Positions 1 to 10,400 are shown, counted from the first letter of the whole stretch. The stretch is DNA of 63,910 nt, filler included, from Gonapodya sp. JEL0774 (GCA_027604505.1; 56 parts of 56 records of this genome joined end to end with filler, not necessarily neighbours in it), one strand, 5' to 3'. Numbers and translations: made by a program. Notes: a model not told the origin generated them from the sequence alone.

Positions 1-86
1 AGGAGTGTAATCTCTTTTCAAATGGCCATACATGCTCTCGGTTTACAAAAGAACGTGTGATCCGGTCTGTATGTATGTGATGCTAG

Positions 87-535
87 CCCTCCACTACGCT
101 GCGCGAGCGGGCAATTTGGAGATATGTCGCCTTTTGCTGGATTCTGGTGCGGAAGTGGATGCGAGAACGACCGAACTGCGGGCGACTGTGGGTATGATCG
201 CGACAACATGACATCACCGATAAGACACAGCTGCGCACTCCAAATCTGACAAATGAACCTTCGCGATCTTTGATTATGTAATGGATTGCTTCTGGTGGTC
301 TCCCTCGATACCTCGATCTTCGACCGGGTCGGGTCGCGATTTTTTGTTCATCACCAAGCCTCTACACCGCGCAGCCACAGCCGGACATGTCCCCATCGTC
401 CAACTCTTGCTCAGACATGGCGCTGATCCTCGGTTACGGGACGCGGACGGAAAAGACGCGGGGCGGAGGGCGCTGGACGCTGGCAAGGTTGACGTCGTGA
501 AAGAATTGACACCGTATGACCCGGCCGGGACATGA
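87..535 (+). CDS. Ankyrin-repeat protein, 3' fragment (exons ~87-187 and 359-535)
   Basis: Spliced translation LHYAARAGNLEICRLLLDSGAEVDARTTELRAT|PLHRAATAGHVPIVQLLLRHGADP; GT..AG intron 188-358. Confidence 0.85.
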
Positions 536-865
536 AACTGGTCGGGGCAGAGGTATGCTTGGAAGTGGTCGTGTATGATTGCTAGGTTGCGTGGGGATGT
601 GGCGAGAGGCTCGAGTGATGTTCAGGTTATGGGAATCCGGCTGGAGAGGGAACATGGGGGACCGCCCATCATCAAGAGTTATCAGCAAGCTGTCATTTTA
701 CATTTCATTTGTTGCTATAATGGAGTTTGATGTGATAATGTCCATAAATCATTTGTTTTCCGGAGTCCACTTGACTAGTGCGAAACAAAATCATGTCGGT
801 CATGTTGGACGTACTTCATGTGACCTCCGATCGAACTTCCCCATACTAGCGCCCACGTCACTATC

Positions 866-1048
866 TCACTTCAAATCCATGCTAAAATGCCTGTCTTCAT
901 CATCCTCCCCATCGACCCGAAACCCACACCTCGTGTAAAACCTCACCGCATCCTCCCACGTCTTGGTCGTCTCCAAAACCACGCGCACAGCACCCCGGAC
1001 TCTCGCCTCCTCACACAATCGCTCTAAAATTTTCCTGCCGATACCTTG
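866..1048 (-). CDS. GNAT-family acetyltransferase, C-terminal fragment
   Basis: Manual translation QGIGRKILERLCEEARVRGAVRVVLETTKTWEDAVRFYTRCGF...*; GNAT motif A (QGIG) and motif B (A..FY...GF); absent from the ORF track. Confidence 0.8.
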   Translation of the reverse strand, partial: QGIGRKILERLCEEARVRGAVRVVLETTKTWEDAVRFYTRCGFRVDGEDDEDRHFSMDLK

Positions 1049-1049
1049 C

Positions 1050-1149
1050 NNNNNNNNNNNNNNNNNNNNNNNNNNNNNNNNNNNNNNNNNNNNTTAATTA
1101 ATTAANNNNNNNNNNNNNNNNNNNNNNNNNNNNNNNNNNNNNNNNNNNN
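1050..1149. other. Artificial contig linker (first of 55): 44 N + TTAATTAATTAA + 44 N
   Basis: An identical 100-bp block recurs every ~1136-1149 bp up to 62775-62874; intervening contigs shrink monotonically from 1049 to 1036 bp. Confidence 0.99.
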
Positions 1150-1378
1150 GAAGTGTCACGACACAGTCTCGTAACATAACAAGAGACAGCATTATGGTGG
1201 ACCATAGTGTAAACGGAAGAGCTTAAAAATAGTGTCAGAGATCCACAGTTCAAACACGTGCGTGGCGCTGATCGTTGATATATTCGATTACCCGAAATTG
1301 CCATACAATATATCATTCATCATGAACGAATCCACAATGTCATTCCTAGTACAACCTTACTAAACGTGGTTTTGTGGG

Positions 1379-2198
1379 TTACGACTCCGCTCGGGTGTTG
1401 AGAAGATGCACATCCTTGATAACTGTGTCAATGCCAAATGATGTGTCGAGGCGGTCCACCGGGCTGGGTTGGGGGAAGGCGGTGATGTTCTCGAATTCTT
1501 CAAAAATGGAATCCACCTCGGCCTCAGAAAGAAGCAAGGGATCGGGTTTCGTTACACGCAAGCCTGGGCGAACGAGAATCGAGGGAGTGACAGCCCGTCC
1601 GCTGGCGCCGTTCAGAATAGCTGGCTTCGTTGAATTGGCGGACGCGGCCCGTAAATGGGAGGTGTTCGGCAATACAGAATTCCCGGAAGGAGTCGGCGTG
1701 CCCATGGTTGTAAGGGATTTTTGATGGGCGGGAGCATTCTGCAGCACGGCGTTGGTAGGAAGTCTGGGCATTGCGCATGGCTAACGATGTTCAGAAGACA
1801 CTTCGCTTACCCCTAAAAAGCACAGAAAGTACTTACGGAGATGTCTTTACAGTCACAGCTTCAACGACTTTTGGCGGACTACCTCTCCTGTCGGTACAAC
1901 TGGGTAATGGAGGGAGCAGTGGTCCGGTACTCGTCACTGCAGTCGCGGTGGCGATAATCGCTGGGTTCGATACTACGATGTTTTGCTGATTCGCTCGACC
2001 AGCAACTGGGGTCATGGGTGACGATCCTCGGTCTTTCGGAGGGGCACCCAACTGTGGCATGGGTACAACAGCTGTTGTGAGAGAGGGAACACCAACGTCT
2101 GCACCTCCACCTCCAAGTACTCGCTGGAGAGCCACGGAGCACGCTTGTGCTCCGGAGTGACCCGCACTGGCCGCCCTCCGATACAGCTCAATAGCTCG
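1379..2198 (-). CDS. Hypothetical Pro/Ser/Thr-rich protein, spliced 3' fragment
   Basis: Two minus-strand open frames separated by an intron-like segment at ~1795-1835. Confidence 0.45.
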
Positions 2199-2298
2199 NN
2201 NNNNNNNNNNNNNNNNNNNNNNNNNNNNNNNNNNNNNNNNNNTTAATTAATTAANNNNNNNNNNNNNNNNNNNNNNNNNNNNNNNNNNNNNNNNNNNN

Positions 2299-3347
2299 CT
2301 CCTGTTACATCGCTGCCCGTTCTTTTGATTTCCGAGTTTTTGGCGAACCCGGCAGGCAGCGACTCGCCATTTGAATGGGTTGAACTGGTTGCAACAGGCG
2401 ACATTGATTTTTCTGTGACCCCGTTCAGTGTGGTATTTGCAAACAACGGAGCGGGAACTTCAAAGGGATGGATTCAAGGCGGAAGCGTGAGTGGTACTGG
2501 TTGGCAACGATTTAGTGTTAGTGTTCACCACATGTTCATGTTTTTGACAGATAACGTACGGCTTCAATATCAATGTCGGAACTGTCACGTCTGGTTCCGT
2601 CGTTTATGTTGGAGGCTCGTCCATGGCGTTGGTAGAATGGCGCTTATATCGACTGTGGACTCCACTCGCCTAATCAATATCATATTTCACAGCCCCACAG
2701 GTGTAAAACTTCGAGTGATTGACACTGGTACAACTGCGGGAGATGGTTTTGGTACTGCTGCTGCCGGTGGAGTTTTGGGCAATGGCGGGTACGTTCCTCT
2801 TCAATAGTTCTCAATAACATCCCGCTCTTGTCATAAATACGAGTTTTTCTTGAGCTTAGTGCGAATGCGGATGGTATTGCAGTGTTCCGCTCCGCGATAA
2901 GCCTGGTTACGGCCGACACGGTTCCTGTCGATGCGATCTTCTTCGGTACTGGTGTGGGCACCGCATCTGTGAGTTCTCAACAGTGTTTCAAGAATGCGGG
3001 CACTTCACGTTTGATTTCATGTTCATTTCATTCGTCACCCCAGCCCGGAGCATCAGCGGGCTACCAACTTCCCTTTAATGACCGGTACTCTGGAGGCAAA
3101 TTGCAAACATCCAGGTGAGATCGCAGCGGTGTGATGAGAATGTGTTCAGTCGTTGCGTTTTGGTAACAGAAAATCGTGCGCGCTTTGATCAACAGCTTCC
3201 TTGCTCCAGACCCTGTTAGCGGGTAAGGCGCAAAATCTGACAACTGATGTTGATTGGCAACGCGTGACTCATCATCTTATTCTTTCTTACAGAAATCAAA
3301 TAACTTCAACAGGTGGAGTGTACGATGTCACTTCAGGGCAATGGACC
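2299..3347 (+). CDS. Lamin-tail-domain (LTD)-like protein of bacterial type, 7 exons (fragment)
   Basis: Introns 2487-2550, 2628-2692, 2789-2859, 2969-3043, 3115-3195 and 3223-3292 splice in frame to LLISEFLANPAGSDSPFEWVELVAT...ITYGFNINVGTVTSGSVVYVGGSSMAPTGVKLRVIDTGTTAGDGFG...NADGIAVF...VPVDAIFFGTG...GYQLPFNDRYSGGKLQTSSFLAPDP; ISE..ANP.G.D..EWVEL is the LTD N-terminal signature. Confidence 0.8.
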
Positions 3348-3683
3348 NNNNNNNNNNNNNNNNNNNNNNNNNNNNNNNNNNNNNNNNNNNNTTAATTAAT
3401 TAANNNNNNNNNNNNNNNNNNNNNNNNNNNNNNNNNNNNNNNNNNNNCTTGGTATCGCTCTTGTATTTCGGTGAAGGAGGTCAAGTACACAGTCCTACTG
3501 GCACGCACATTGCACGTGTAACGATTCGTTTCCTTCCGCGATCGCTCTATCTGGAGTCAACCTGCAGCTCATTTGCACTCCCAGCTCACCGGCATCCCCT
3601 GTGATCAGTTTGTGAGCCTGAGTAAGACCGGTCGGGACGATTGGTCCAATATTCATAGCGCGTTCGCAAACTAGGGACCAAAA

Positions 3684-4434
3684 ATGTCTACAAGTTCAGA
3701 GCTCAGACCGATTCTGGTCTTCCAGTTCGGGGATCCTCAGGTATTAGCATTTCAATGTCTCGATCATTCAAGCTCGCCTGATCGATGTTTCGTTTCATAT
3801 CTTCAAACAGATAGGCTTAGGTCTCGACCACGATAGCGATGGTGACATAAAGCGGCTTCTTTTCGCCGTGGATTACATTAATGAACGCTTCCCTGGCTCT
3901 GATAAGCTTATGGTCTTGTGAGATTGGTGCAACGCGGTAATCGCTGACTTGAAGCCCTTGCTTGAATGCTCGTGTTTCGTATCAGAATGGGAGACCAAGT
4001 CATGTGGCACTCGCACGGACGAACTCCGTGTCCTCAGAAAGAAATTGACGGCATCAAGCGAGCGCAGCTTGCATGGAAGGGCCAAGTGCTCGCCATCCCT
4101 GGTACGTGATCCCGTACAGTCATCCTTCAATTAAGAGTATGTATCCAAATGCTGTCGCCCCAAGGAAATCACGACGTATGGGATCCTGCTTCGCGAGGGT
4201 TCTTCCTCACGAGCTACTCTCTCCCACGCTCCTATCGCTCCGAGGATGTCGGCCCAAAGACCACATTCATCCTCCTCGACACCACTTCGATTGATCAGAA
4301 ATATAAGCCTTCCGGTTTTGAGGCGTGGGACGAGGAGGAGGAACACGGACGGGTGGAACTGGACTGGTTCCAAGAGGAACTGGAGAGATGTACTCGAGAG
4401 GGCAGGGAAGCGATTGTAGTGGGACATTATCCAC
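3684..4434 (+). CDS. Calcineurin-like metallophosphoesterase (CPPED1-like), 5' fragment
   Basis: Exons 3684-3740, 3811-3917, 3986-4101 and 4165-4434 give FQFGDPQIG, VLMGD, IPGNHD and VVGHYP, the D / GD / GNHD / H motifs. Confidence 0.8.
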
Positions 4435-4781
4435 GTGAGTTCCCGACACGCATCATACACCACGTTGTGTTCATTTGAAAGATTCAGGATTTATATNNNN
4501 NNNNNNNNNNNNNNNNNNNNNNNNNNNNNNNNNNNNNNNNTTAATTAATTAANNNNNNNNNNNNNNNNNNNNNNNNNNNNNNNNNNNNNNNNNNNNAATA
4601 TGACAACAGGTCGACTGATCGAGATGGCTCTTTGGGACGGCACAGGTAGGGCGACGTGAAGGGAGCAAAGATCAGTTTCATATCGGACTTATCCGTTGTG
4701 TTGTAAAGCGCCAACAGCAAAACGTTGCCGAGTCCGTACTCGGAATGGTCGCACGGAAGCTCACTTGGCAGGGAGAGGTGA

Positions 4782-5621
4782 GTGACATCGTCAAAGAGTA
4801 CAAGTACTTCGTGCATTCCGACATCTGGTCACTCAAATAGCAATCGCAGTGGTTCGAGTTCGTCTAATTTGTCGGCCAAACGAACTGTACCCCAAAACAA
4901 CCCTGCATTGTTCAAAGCCGTAGAAAGCTCAAACCTCGCAGAAGTTCGTACTGCTCTGGCTGCAGGTGCAGACCCCAACGCCCGGAAGAAAGTTTCCATA
5001 AGTTGCTTTGTCTTCGAGGGCTCGAAATGGTCCACCTCACTTTTCAGCAAAACTCCCACGGAGAAGCCAGTCGGCTCATACACCATGCTGAACGCGACGA
5101 CACACGGTGAAAGTGCGCTTGCAATGGCAATCATGCAGGGAAACGTTGAGCTCGTCCGACTCTTGCTGGATAATGGCGCAGATCCGACTTTGCCGATAGA
5201 ATGGAAGATTATCCGCGGCCGGAACGTGTGGACGCAGTCTGTTTGGCAGAATGTCATTCAGAGAGGCACTTGGGACATTACTTACACTTTTGGGTCAGCC
5301 TTGGAGCTTGCTATCGGCGAGGGCGTGGCAAGTGATCCGATGGGCCAGACAAGGATTGAAAGTATGGGATCAACCTCACGAGAGTTATGGATAAACAAGA
5401 AGGGATTTTTCGTTTTACACTCCAATCCCGGGGCTGGCCCTTCAGACGAGAAGAGTTTCCAGACAATCGAGTTCACTCCCGATCTGAGGATATTGGATCT
5501 TCTATTGCAGCACACCGATGTCCACGTCACCCCTACGCTGAGACCGCTAATAACGAGCTGCGCCAACCATCCAGACCTTCTGAGAAAGCTCCAGCATTCT
5601 ACTGGTCCTAACATCAGATGA
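4782..5621 (+). CDS. Ankyrin-repeat protein (GADPNARK-type), start uncertain
   Basis: LFKAVESSNLAEVRTALAAGADPNARK...GESALAMAIMQGNVELVRLLLDNGADP. Confidence 0.8.
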   Translation: MTSSKSTSTSCIPTSGHSNSNRSGSSSSNLSAKRTVPQNNPALFKAVESSNLAEVRTALAAGADPNARKKVSISCFVFEGSKWSTSLFSKTPTEKPVGSYTMLNATTHGESALAMAIMQGNVELVRLLLDNGADPTLPIEWKIIRGRNVWTQSVWQNVIQRGTWDITYTFGSALELAIGEGVASDPMGQTRIESMGSTSRELWINKKGFFVLHSNPGAGPSDEKSFQTIEFTPDLRILDLLLQHTDVHVTPTLRPLITSCANHPDLLRKLQHSTGPNIR

Positions 5622-5744
5622 TAGTGCGAAAGGGCGAAGACAACNNNNNNNNNNNNNNNNNNNNNNNNNNNNNNNNNNNNNNNNNNNNTTAATTAATTAA
5701 NNNNNNNNNNNNNNNNNNNNNNNNNNNNNNNNNNNNNNNNNNNN

Positions 5745-5912
5745 GGGTCTGTATAGACTTAAGACTTATATCATGGCATAGTTCTTCACTGAAATTAATA
5801 TACTTTTGATACAAATATTTGCCTTCCATATTATTGATCTAGGGGTGGGGGTGGTGACTTACAGGATGGGGGTACTCTCCAGGGTGGGGGGTGTAAAAAA
5901 CGTGACACTGTA
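5745..5912. mobile_element. Probable terminus (TIR) of a Tc1/mariner-like DNA transposon
   Basis: AT-rich segment ending ...GGGGTGTAAAAAACGTGACACTG + TA; the reverse complement begins TA|CAGTG, typical of Tc1/mariner ends with a TA target; only one end is visible. Confidence 0.5.
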
Positions 5913-6212
5913 TCAGGGCCACAAGAGTTGGCCCATTGTTGTCCACCAACTATAGAGGAGCCATAATAAAAGAGCTGGAAAGAGTCTGGTTTCCATACAA
6001 CAGGATTGCTTTTGTGCAGTAAATTGGGTTTTCTGTCAAATGAAGATATCTTCCTGTCTCGAATCTGTACATTTTGTTAATTTTAGTTTGGAGAGCTTTT
6101 GAATCTGTTCATACCTTTTTAGGAGTACTCGTATCATCAGGGATAATGTCTGTTTGGCTGCTAAACTCATCACAAAGGTAAGAACAATTGCTGTAGAAGA
6201 GCATGTCAAGGG

Positions 6213-6773
6213 TCAAGCAGGGTACCTGTCATCCATTAAGACATAAACTGCAAATGCTGGCTGATAGCCAAGCCTAGAATGTGACCATTCTTCTTCTTCA
6301 AGGACCCTTCCAACAGGGATAGCATGTCCTGTTTCCATGGCACCATCATACTTGTATGCCTTTAAGTCATGGGTCAAGAATTTTGCTGTCCAGTGGTAAC
6401 CATTTCCAAAAAACACTGCATGTAGACGGTACTCTCTCTCTACTTCTGTACCATTGTCATAAACCAGAAAAGTCATTCCAGTGTGAATAATAGGCTTAGT
6501 TATGATATTTGTGGTTGTGCTTGGGCCTTTGCTGTGCTGCATTTCCAGACTAAACGCAACAAAAGGAGGGACTGACAAATGTAATCTGAAGTAAACAGTC
6601 CTCTGTATCTTCCCATATGCTGCAGAGCAGTTTTCACATTCAGGGGGGTTGATGCGCATCTGTTTTGGTATCTGGGACCTTTGCTGACTGAGATACCAAT
6701 CGCAAAGGTCAATTTGGAAGTCATCATCATTAATAGACACTTTTTTCTGAGATAGCCCTGCAGAATCCTGCAA
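6213..6773 (-). CDS. USP/papain-like cysteine-protease C-terminal-like ORF in CpG-poor, probably TE-derived DNA
   Basis: CENC, YRLHAVFFGNGYHWTAKF...YKYDG...AVYV resembles the His-box/Asp region of C19-like proteases; intronless; very few CpG. Confidence 0.5.
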   Translation of the reverse strand: MQDSAGLSQKKVSINDDDFQIDLCDWYLSQQRSQIPKQMRINPPECENCSAAYGKIQRTVYFRLHLSVPPFVAFSLEMQHSKGPSTTTNIITKPIIHTGMTFLVYDNGTEVEREYRLHAVFFGNGYHWTAKFLTHDLKAYKYDGAMETGHAIPVGRVLEEEEWSHSRLGYQPAFAVYVLMDDRYPA

Positions 6774-6892
6774 GAGATCAATGCATGTAAACNNNNNNNN
6801 NNNNNNNNNNNNNNNNNNNNNNNNNNNNNNNNNNNNTTAATTAATTAANNNNNNNNNNNNNNNNNNNNNNNNNNNNNNNNNNNNNNNNNNNN

Positions 6893-7763
6893 TTTAGTTG
6901 GCAAAAGTCACTGTATCATGACAATCATCCAGTCTACACGCCTCACAGGTACAATTGCCAAGCTGGAACGTACCCTCATGAGCTTTTGTAGGGTTGGGGG
7001 CGGTTTCGACGTCTGTATGTATATTATCAATCGCTTGGTCTCTGTGCACTACTATGGTCACGAGTACTGCACTCTCACCCCAGTCCAAGTCCTACTCCTC
7101 ACTACATAACTCCACAACCAGGAACGCTAGAGAGGTCGCTCAACAACCAAAACGTATCTACTCTTCAAGGCAGCTCCAATGAGCCTATTGGCGTCCTTTG
7201 ATCACTGTTTGTAGTTGAGCTATTTGACATCCAAGCTCAACCCATACTTCAATACTCCCGCAGAAAGGCATCATTTTAGTTTTGGCTTTCCCTGATCAAA
7301 AGCTATCAATGTGTGACATTCCCATGAATGTCCTGTGTCGCTCAAAGGAATCTCGGGGTAGTGCCTTTGTCATAATATCAGCCACATTTTTCTGGGTGGG
7401 GACATACTTAAGGGAAAGTAATTCCTTTGCAAGTTGCTGATGGATAAAATGGTATTTAACATCAATGTGTTTGGTGAGCTTGTGGTGAACAGGGTTGGCA
7501 GCCAGTGCTAGTACCCCCTAGTTATCTCCAAGAAGGATCGGAACACCACGATCAATTCTGTCATAGACGTCAATGCCAAGTTCTTTGAGAAATTGTTTTT
7601 CCCACATCAATTCCTTGGTTGCATAGTGCTGAGAAACATATTCAGCCTCCACTGTGGAAGTAGCTGTGATCTCGTGCTTGCCTGACCACCAGCTAACAGC
7701 TCCCCCTGCTAATAGGAATACATAGCCACTTCTGGATTTCTGGCCGTAATGATCTTCTGTATG
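6893..7763 (-). mobile_element. Degenerate Ty1/copia retrotransposon: RNase H (7296-7763), PPT and 3' LTR (from ~7254 leftwards)
   Basis: KSRSGYVFLLAGGAVSWWSGKH..TATSTVEAEY...GDN*G...NPVHHKLTKHIDVKYHFI...YVPTQKNVADIMTKAL; in-frame stop at 7518-7520; GCGGGAG PPT-like tract followed by TATTG (degenerate TGTTG). Confidence 0.9.
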
Positions 7764-7940
7764 CTAGGTGTGGCAGCTGTGCAACTGTGTTGGACGCTGA
7801 GTCTGATGGCGAGGGCAATGGTGAGTTCACACGAGCGAATGCATTTAGATTACATATGCTATAAGGGCGAGTGAGCAGTATAAAAGATAAGAAAACTATA
7901 TTGTATTTTGGAGACTCTACAAGATAAGTTGATCAAAAGG
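7762..7940 (+). mobile_element. LTR-like segment apparently inserted into the copia RNase H
   Basis: The copia frame breaks at ~7763; the segment shares a ~47-nt TATA-containing motif with 44448-44495. Confidence 0.5.
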
Positions 7941-8040
7941 NNNNNNNNNNNNNNNNNNNNNNNNNNNNNNNNNNNNNNNNNNNNTTAATTAATTAANNNN
8001 NNNNNNNNNNNNNNNNNNNNNNNNNNNNNNNNNNNNNNNN

Positions 8041-8648
8041 TAAGCGAGCGACTTAGAGCGGGAGGTGTGTTCTTCGGCACAACAACCAACTCCAACTGGA
8101 TTGTGTGAGCACAGTCGCCTTTTCATTGTCAATTGAATCCGTATGCAAATGCTCATCCATTCATACAGGAAAAAGCTTCGACATTCTCCCAGCCTATCTT
8201 TTGGTAACTCTATTTATCGTATTGCATTTGATCAAAAGGATACGTATCCACCCTTCGGCCATCGCTACGTCTTCCGACTCGAAGACGCTATTGCGGATGT
8301 TCCAGAATATCTCATACATTTCCCGACATTCGTAAAGTATGTGCGTCGTTACATTCATTTACTGTTTGCTTTTCCTCTCAGGGGGAATCGGATCGTAGTC
8401 TAGCTCACGAATATGGATTGGAGCTGATCTTCAAGGGAACCTTTCACCAAATGTACTTGGAGGGTCTGCGAGATGATGAATCCAAGCGTCTCCTTTATAG
8501 GTGCGTCAACTTCCATTATTGAGAGTCTCTTCCAATTGAGCTTTCAATTTTTAGGATGTCTGTGATGGATGAACGAGGCGAGATAGCCGGGGATGAGTGG
8601 GAAGCGATAGGGGTATACCTGGCGTTTGCATTTAGGAAACGTGAATAA
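8041..8648 (+). CDS. ABD1: mRNA cap guanine-N7 methyltransferase, 3' fragment (spliced)
   Basis: GGVFFGTTTNSNWIV|KKLR..SFGNSIYRIAF...PPFGHRYVFRLEDAIADVPEYLIHFPTF|..AHEYGLELIFK..FH...DEWEAIGVYLAFAFRKRE*. Confidence 0.9.
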
Positions 8649-9188
8649 ATATTTTGAGGACTTCGGTTCACAAATGTCTATTGGATTGGTGGGGATTGTT
8701 CGCGGACTTCTACCGTGGCGCGGCAAGCCAACACCAATCACCACGTCAAACCAAACACAATGGTGAGCTCGCGTGCGGCGACGCCGGAGTCGCGCTGAGC
8801 AGATATCGTTGAACGGAACGTCCATCAATTGATTTTCGGATGGCCGGCCTTGGTTCCGCGGGATCTGTGGAAACAGAGTTTTGCTCCTCTGTGTATTGAA
8901 AGCTGTGACAGTCTCGATGCGCACGCGTTTCATACCTCCTTTTTGGCATTATAGGCTTCCGGAGTTGATGTCGACAGTGAATGCCTCAATGCTTTCCAGG
9001 ATTTGAAGCTGAAGAAGAAGTACGCGTGGGTAACAGATCAATTGTTGATTGTCCCTCCAATCTGCGAGCAGCTCATACTAACGATCACNNNNNNNNNNNN
9101 NNNNNNNNNNNNNNNNNNNNNNNNNNNNNNNNTTAATTAATTAANNNNNNNNNNNNNNNNNNNNNNNNNNNNNNNNNNNNNNNNNNNN

Positions 9189-9736
9189 CGTTCCTCGGCG
9201 TTAAGGATGGTGATACCGCGAGCATGATCAGAAGGGATTTCGCCATGGAGGTTGAGCACCAGGCCGCACTCTTCCATGGCTTTGAACACTGGATAGTACG
9301 TGGTATAGCTTTCAATCCCCGAGTCTGAGTTGGTGGTCACACCTCGAGGGTAAGACTTGACACCTGTGGTGATTAAACAGAGATGCGAAACAATCCTTAG
9401 GGCAAAGGTCCTCCTCATCCTTCTGGATGCACCAAGTCATTCCAGAATAACAAACCCACCCACCACACCAGCAGCCTTCGCCTTCCTCACCTCCTCTGCC
9501 GTTAGCTCCGGAGTCAAATAGAGGCTCATTAAAAATTCCACTCCGGGTGCCAGGGCCTCGAGATCCTTTTTATAGCTCAAAGCCATGTCGGTAGTTGTTA
9601 TGGGTGGACGTAGATTGGGCATCACCAGCGCGAGACCGACGCCTGATGTGGGGACCATGGGTGTGACAAAGCGCATGAGTGCGTCTTGGCGCAGATGTAT
9701 ATGGAAGTCATCGAGCAGTGGAATTGTAATGGACAT
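9189..9736 (-). CDS. URA4: Dihydroorotase, 5' fragment (intron 9364-9459)
   Basis: DFHIHLRQ, VMPNLRPPIT, MSLYL, GVKSYPRGVTTNS and LNLHGE motifs. Confidence 0.95.
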
Positions 9737-9831
9737 GTTAGCAAGAGAAAATCGTCCGAACGAGTGACGAATATTTTGTGGAGTGGGCATTGCTGCAACG
9801 TCGGCGATCAGTGATTCAGCGTTTGGGAGGA

Positions 9832-10186
9832 ATGGCGACGCGTAAGAGCACGGACGACGACCGAGACGAAGATAGTGGACCGCGACTCTCCCAAGATAGT
9901 CCTTCTGAGCACTCGGGGGGGCGGTGAGCACTTGCATTTGCAACAGTACGTCAGCATGAACCACGAAGAGGTTATAATGCCATCATTAAAGCTACTCCAA
10001 GGACGAAAAAATCGGCGAGGGGAAATTTGGCATCATCTTCAAGGGTACTGACAGGGAAACTGGGCGAACCGTTGCAATCAAGAAATCCAAGGTTGGTATT
10101 AAGACAAGAATGTTCTGATCCCTCGTCGAAGCTAACGACATCCACAAAAACAGCCAATTGAAGGATGGAAGGATGGGCTGCCTCTG
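9832..10186 (+). CDS. Cyclin-dependent kinase (CDK7/CDK9/CDK10-11-like), 5' fragment
   Basis: Exons 9832-9923, 9992-10091 and 10154-10186: RYSKDEKIGEGKFGIIFKGTDRETGRTVAIKKSKPIEGWKDGLPL. Confidence 0.8.
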
Positions 10187-10400
10187 GTAAGACTTCTCCT
10201 GTGGAAGGCAGTTCACAAGAGTGTCTGTAGCTGAACNNNNNNNNNNNNNNNNNNNNNNNNNNNNNNNNNNNNNNNNNNNNTTAATTAATTAANNNNNNNN
10301 NNNNNNNNNNNNNNNNNNNNNNNNNNNNNNNNNNNNCCCCTCCCGGGGCCCGCCGCCGCCCCCCTCTCCCCGCCCCCGTAGCGGGCCCCGCGCGGCCGCG

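Noticed and set aside
1094..1105. TTAATTAATTAA recurring at regular ~1.14-kb spacing (CRISPR-like or repeat-like)
   Set aside because: Synthetic six-frame-stop linker embedded in N runs; not biological
4541..4816. ORF-track entries ending in XXXX-LIN or XXXX-N
   Set aside because: They read into N padding and linker; their ends are artefactual
9437..9964. 175-aa ORF as an N-terminally extended dihydroorotase
   Set aside because: Homology starts at ATG 9736; the extension overlaps the first exon of the divergent CDK
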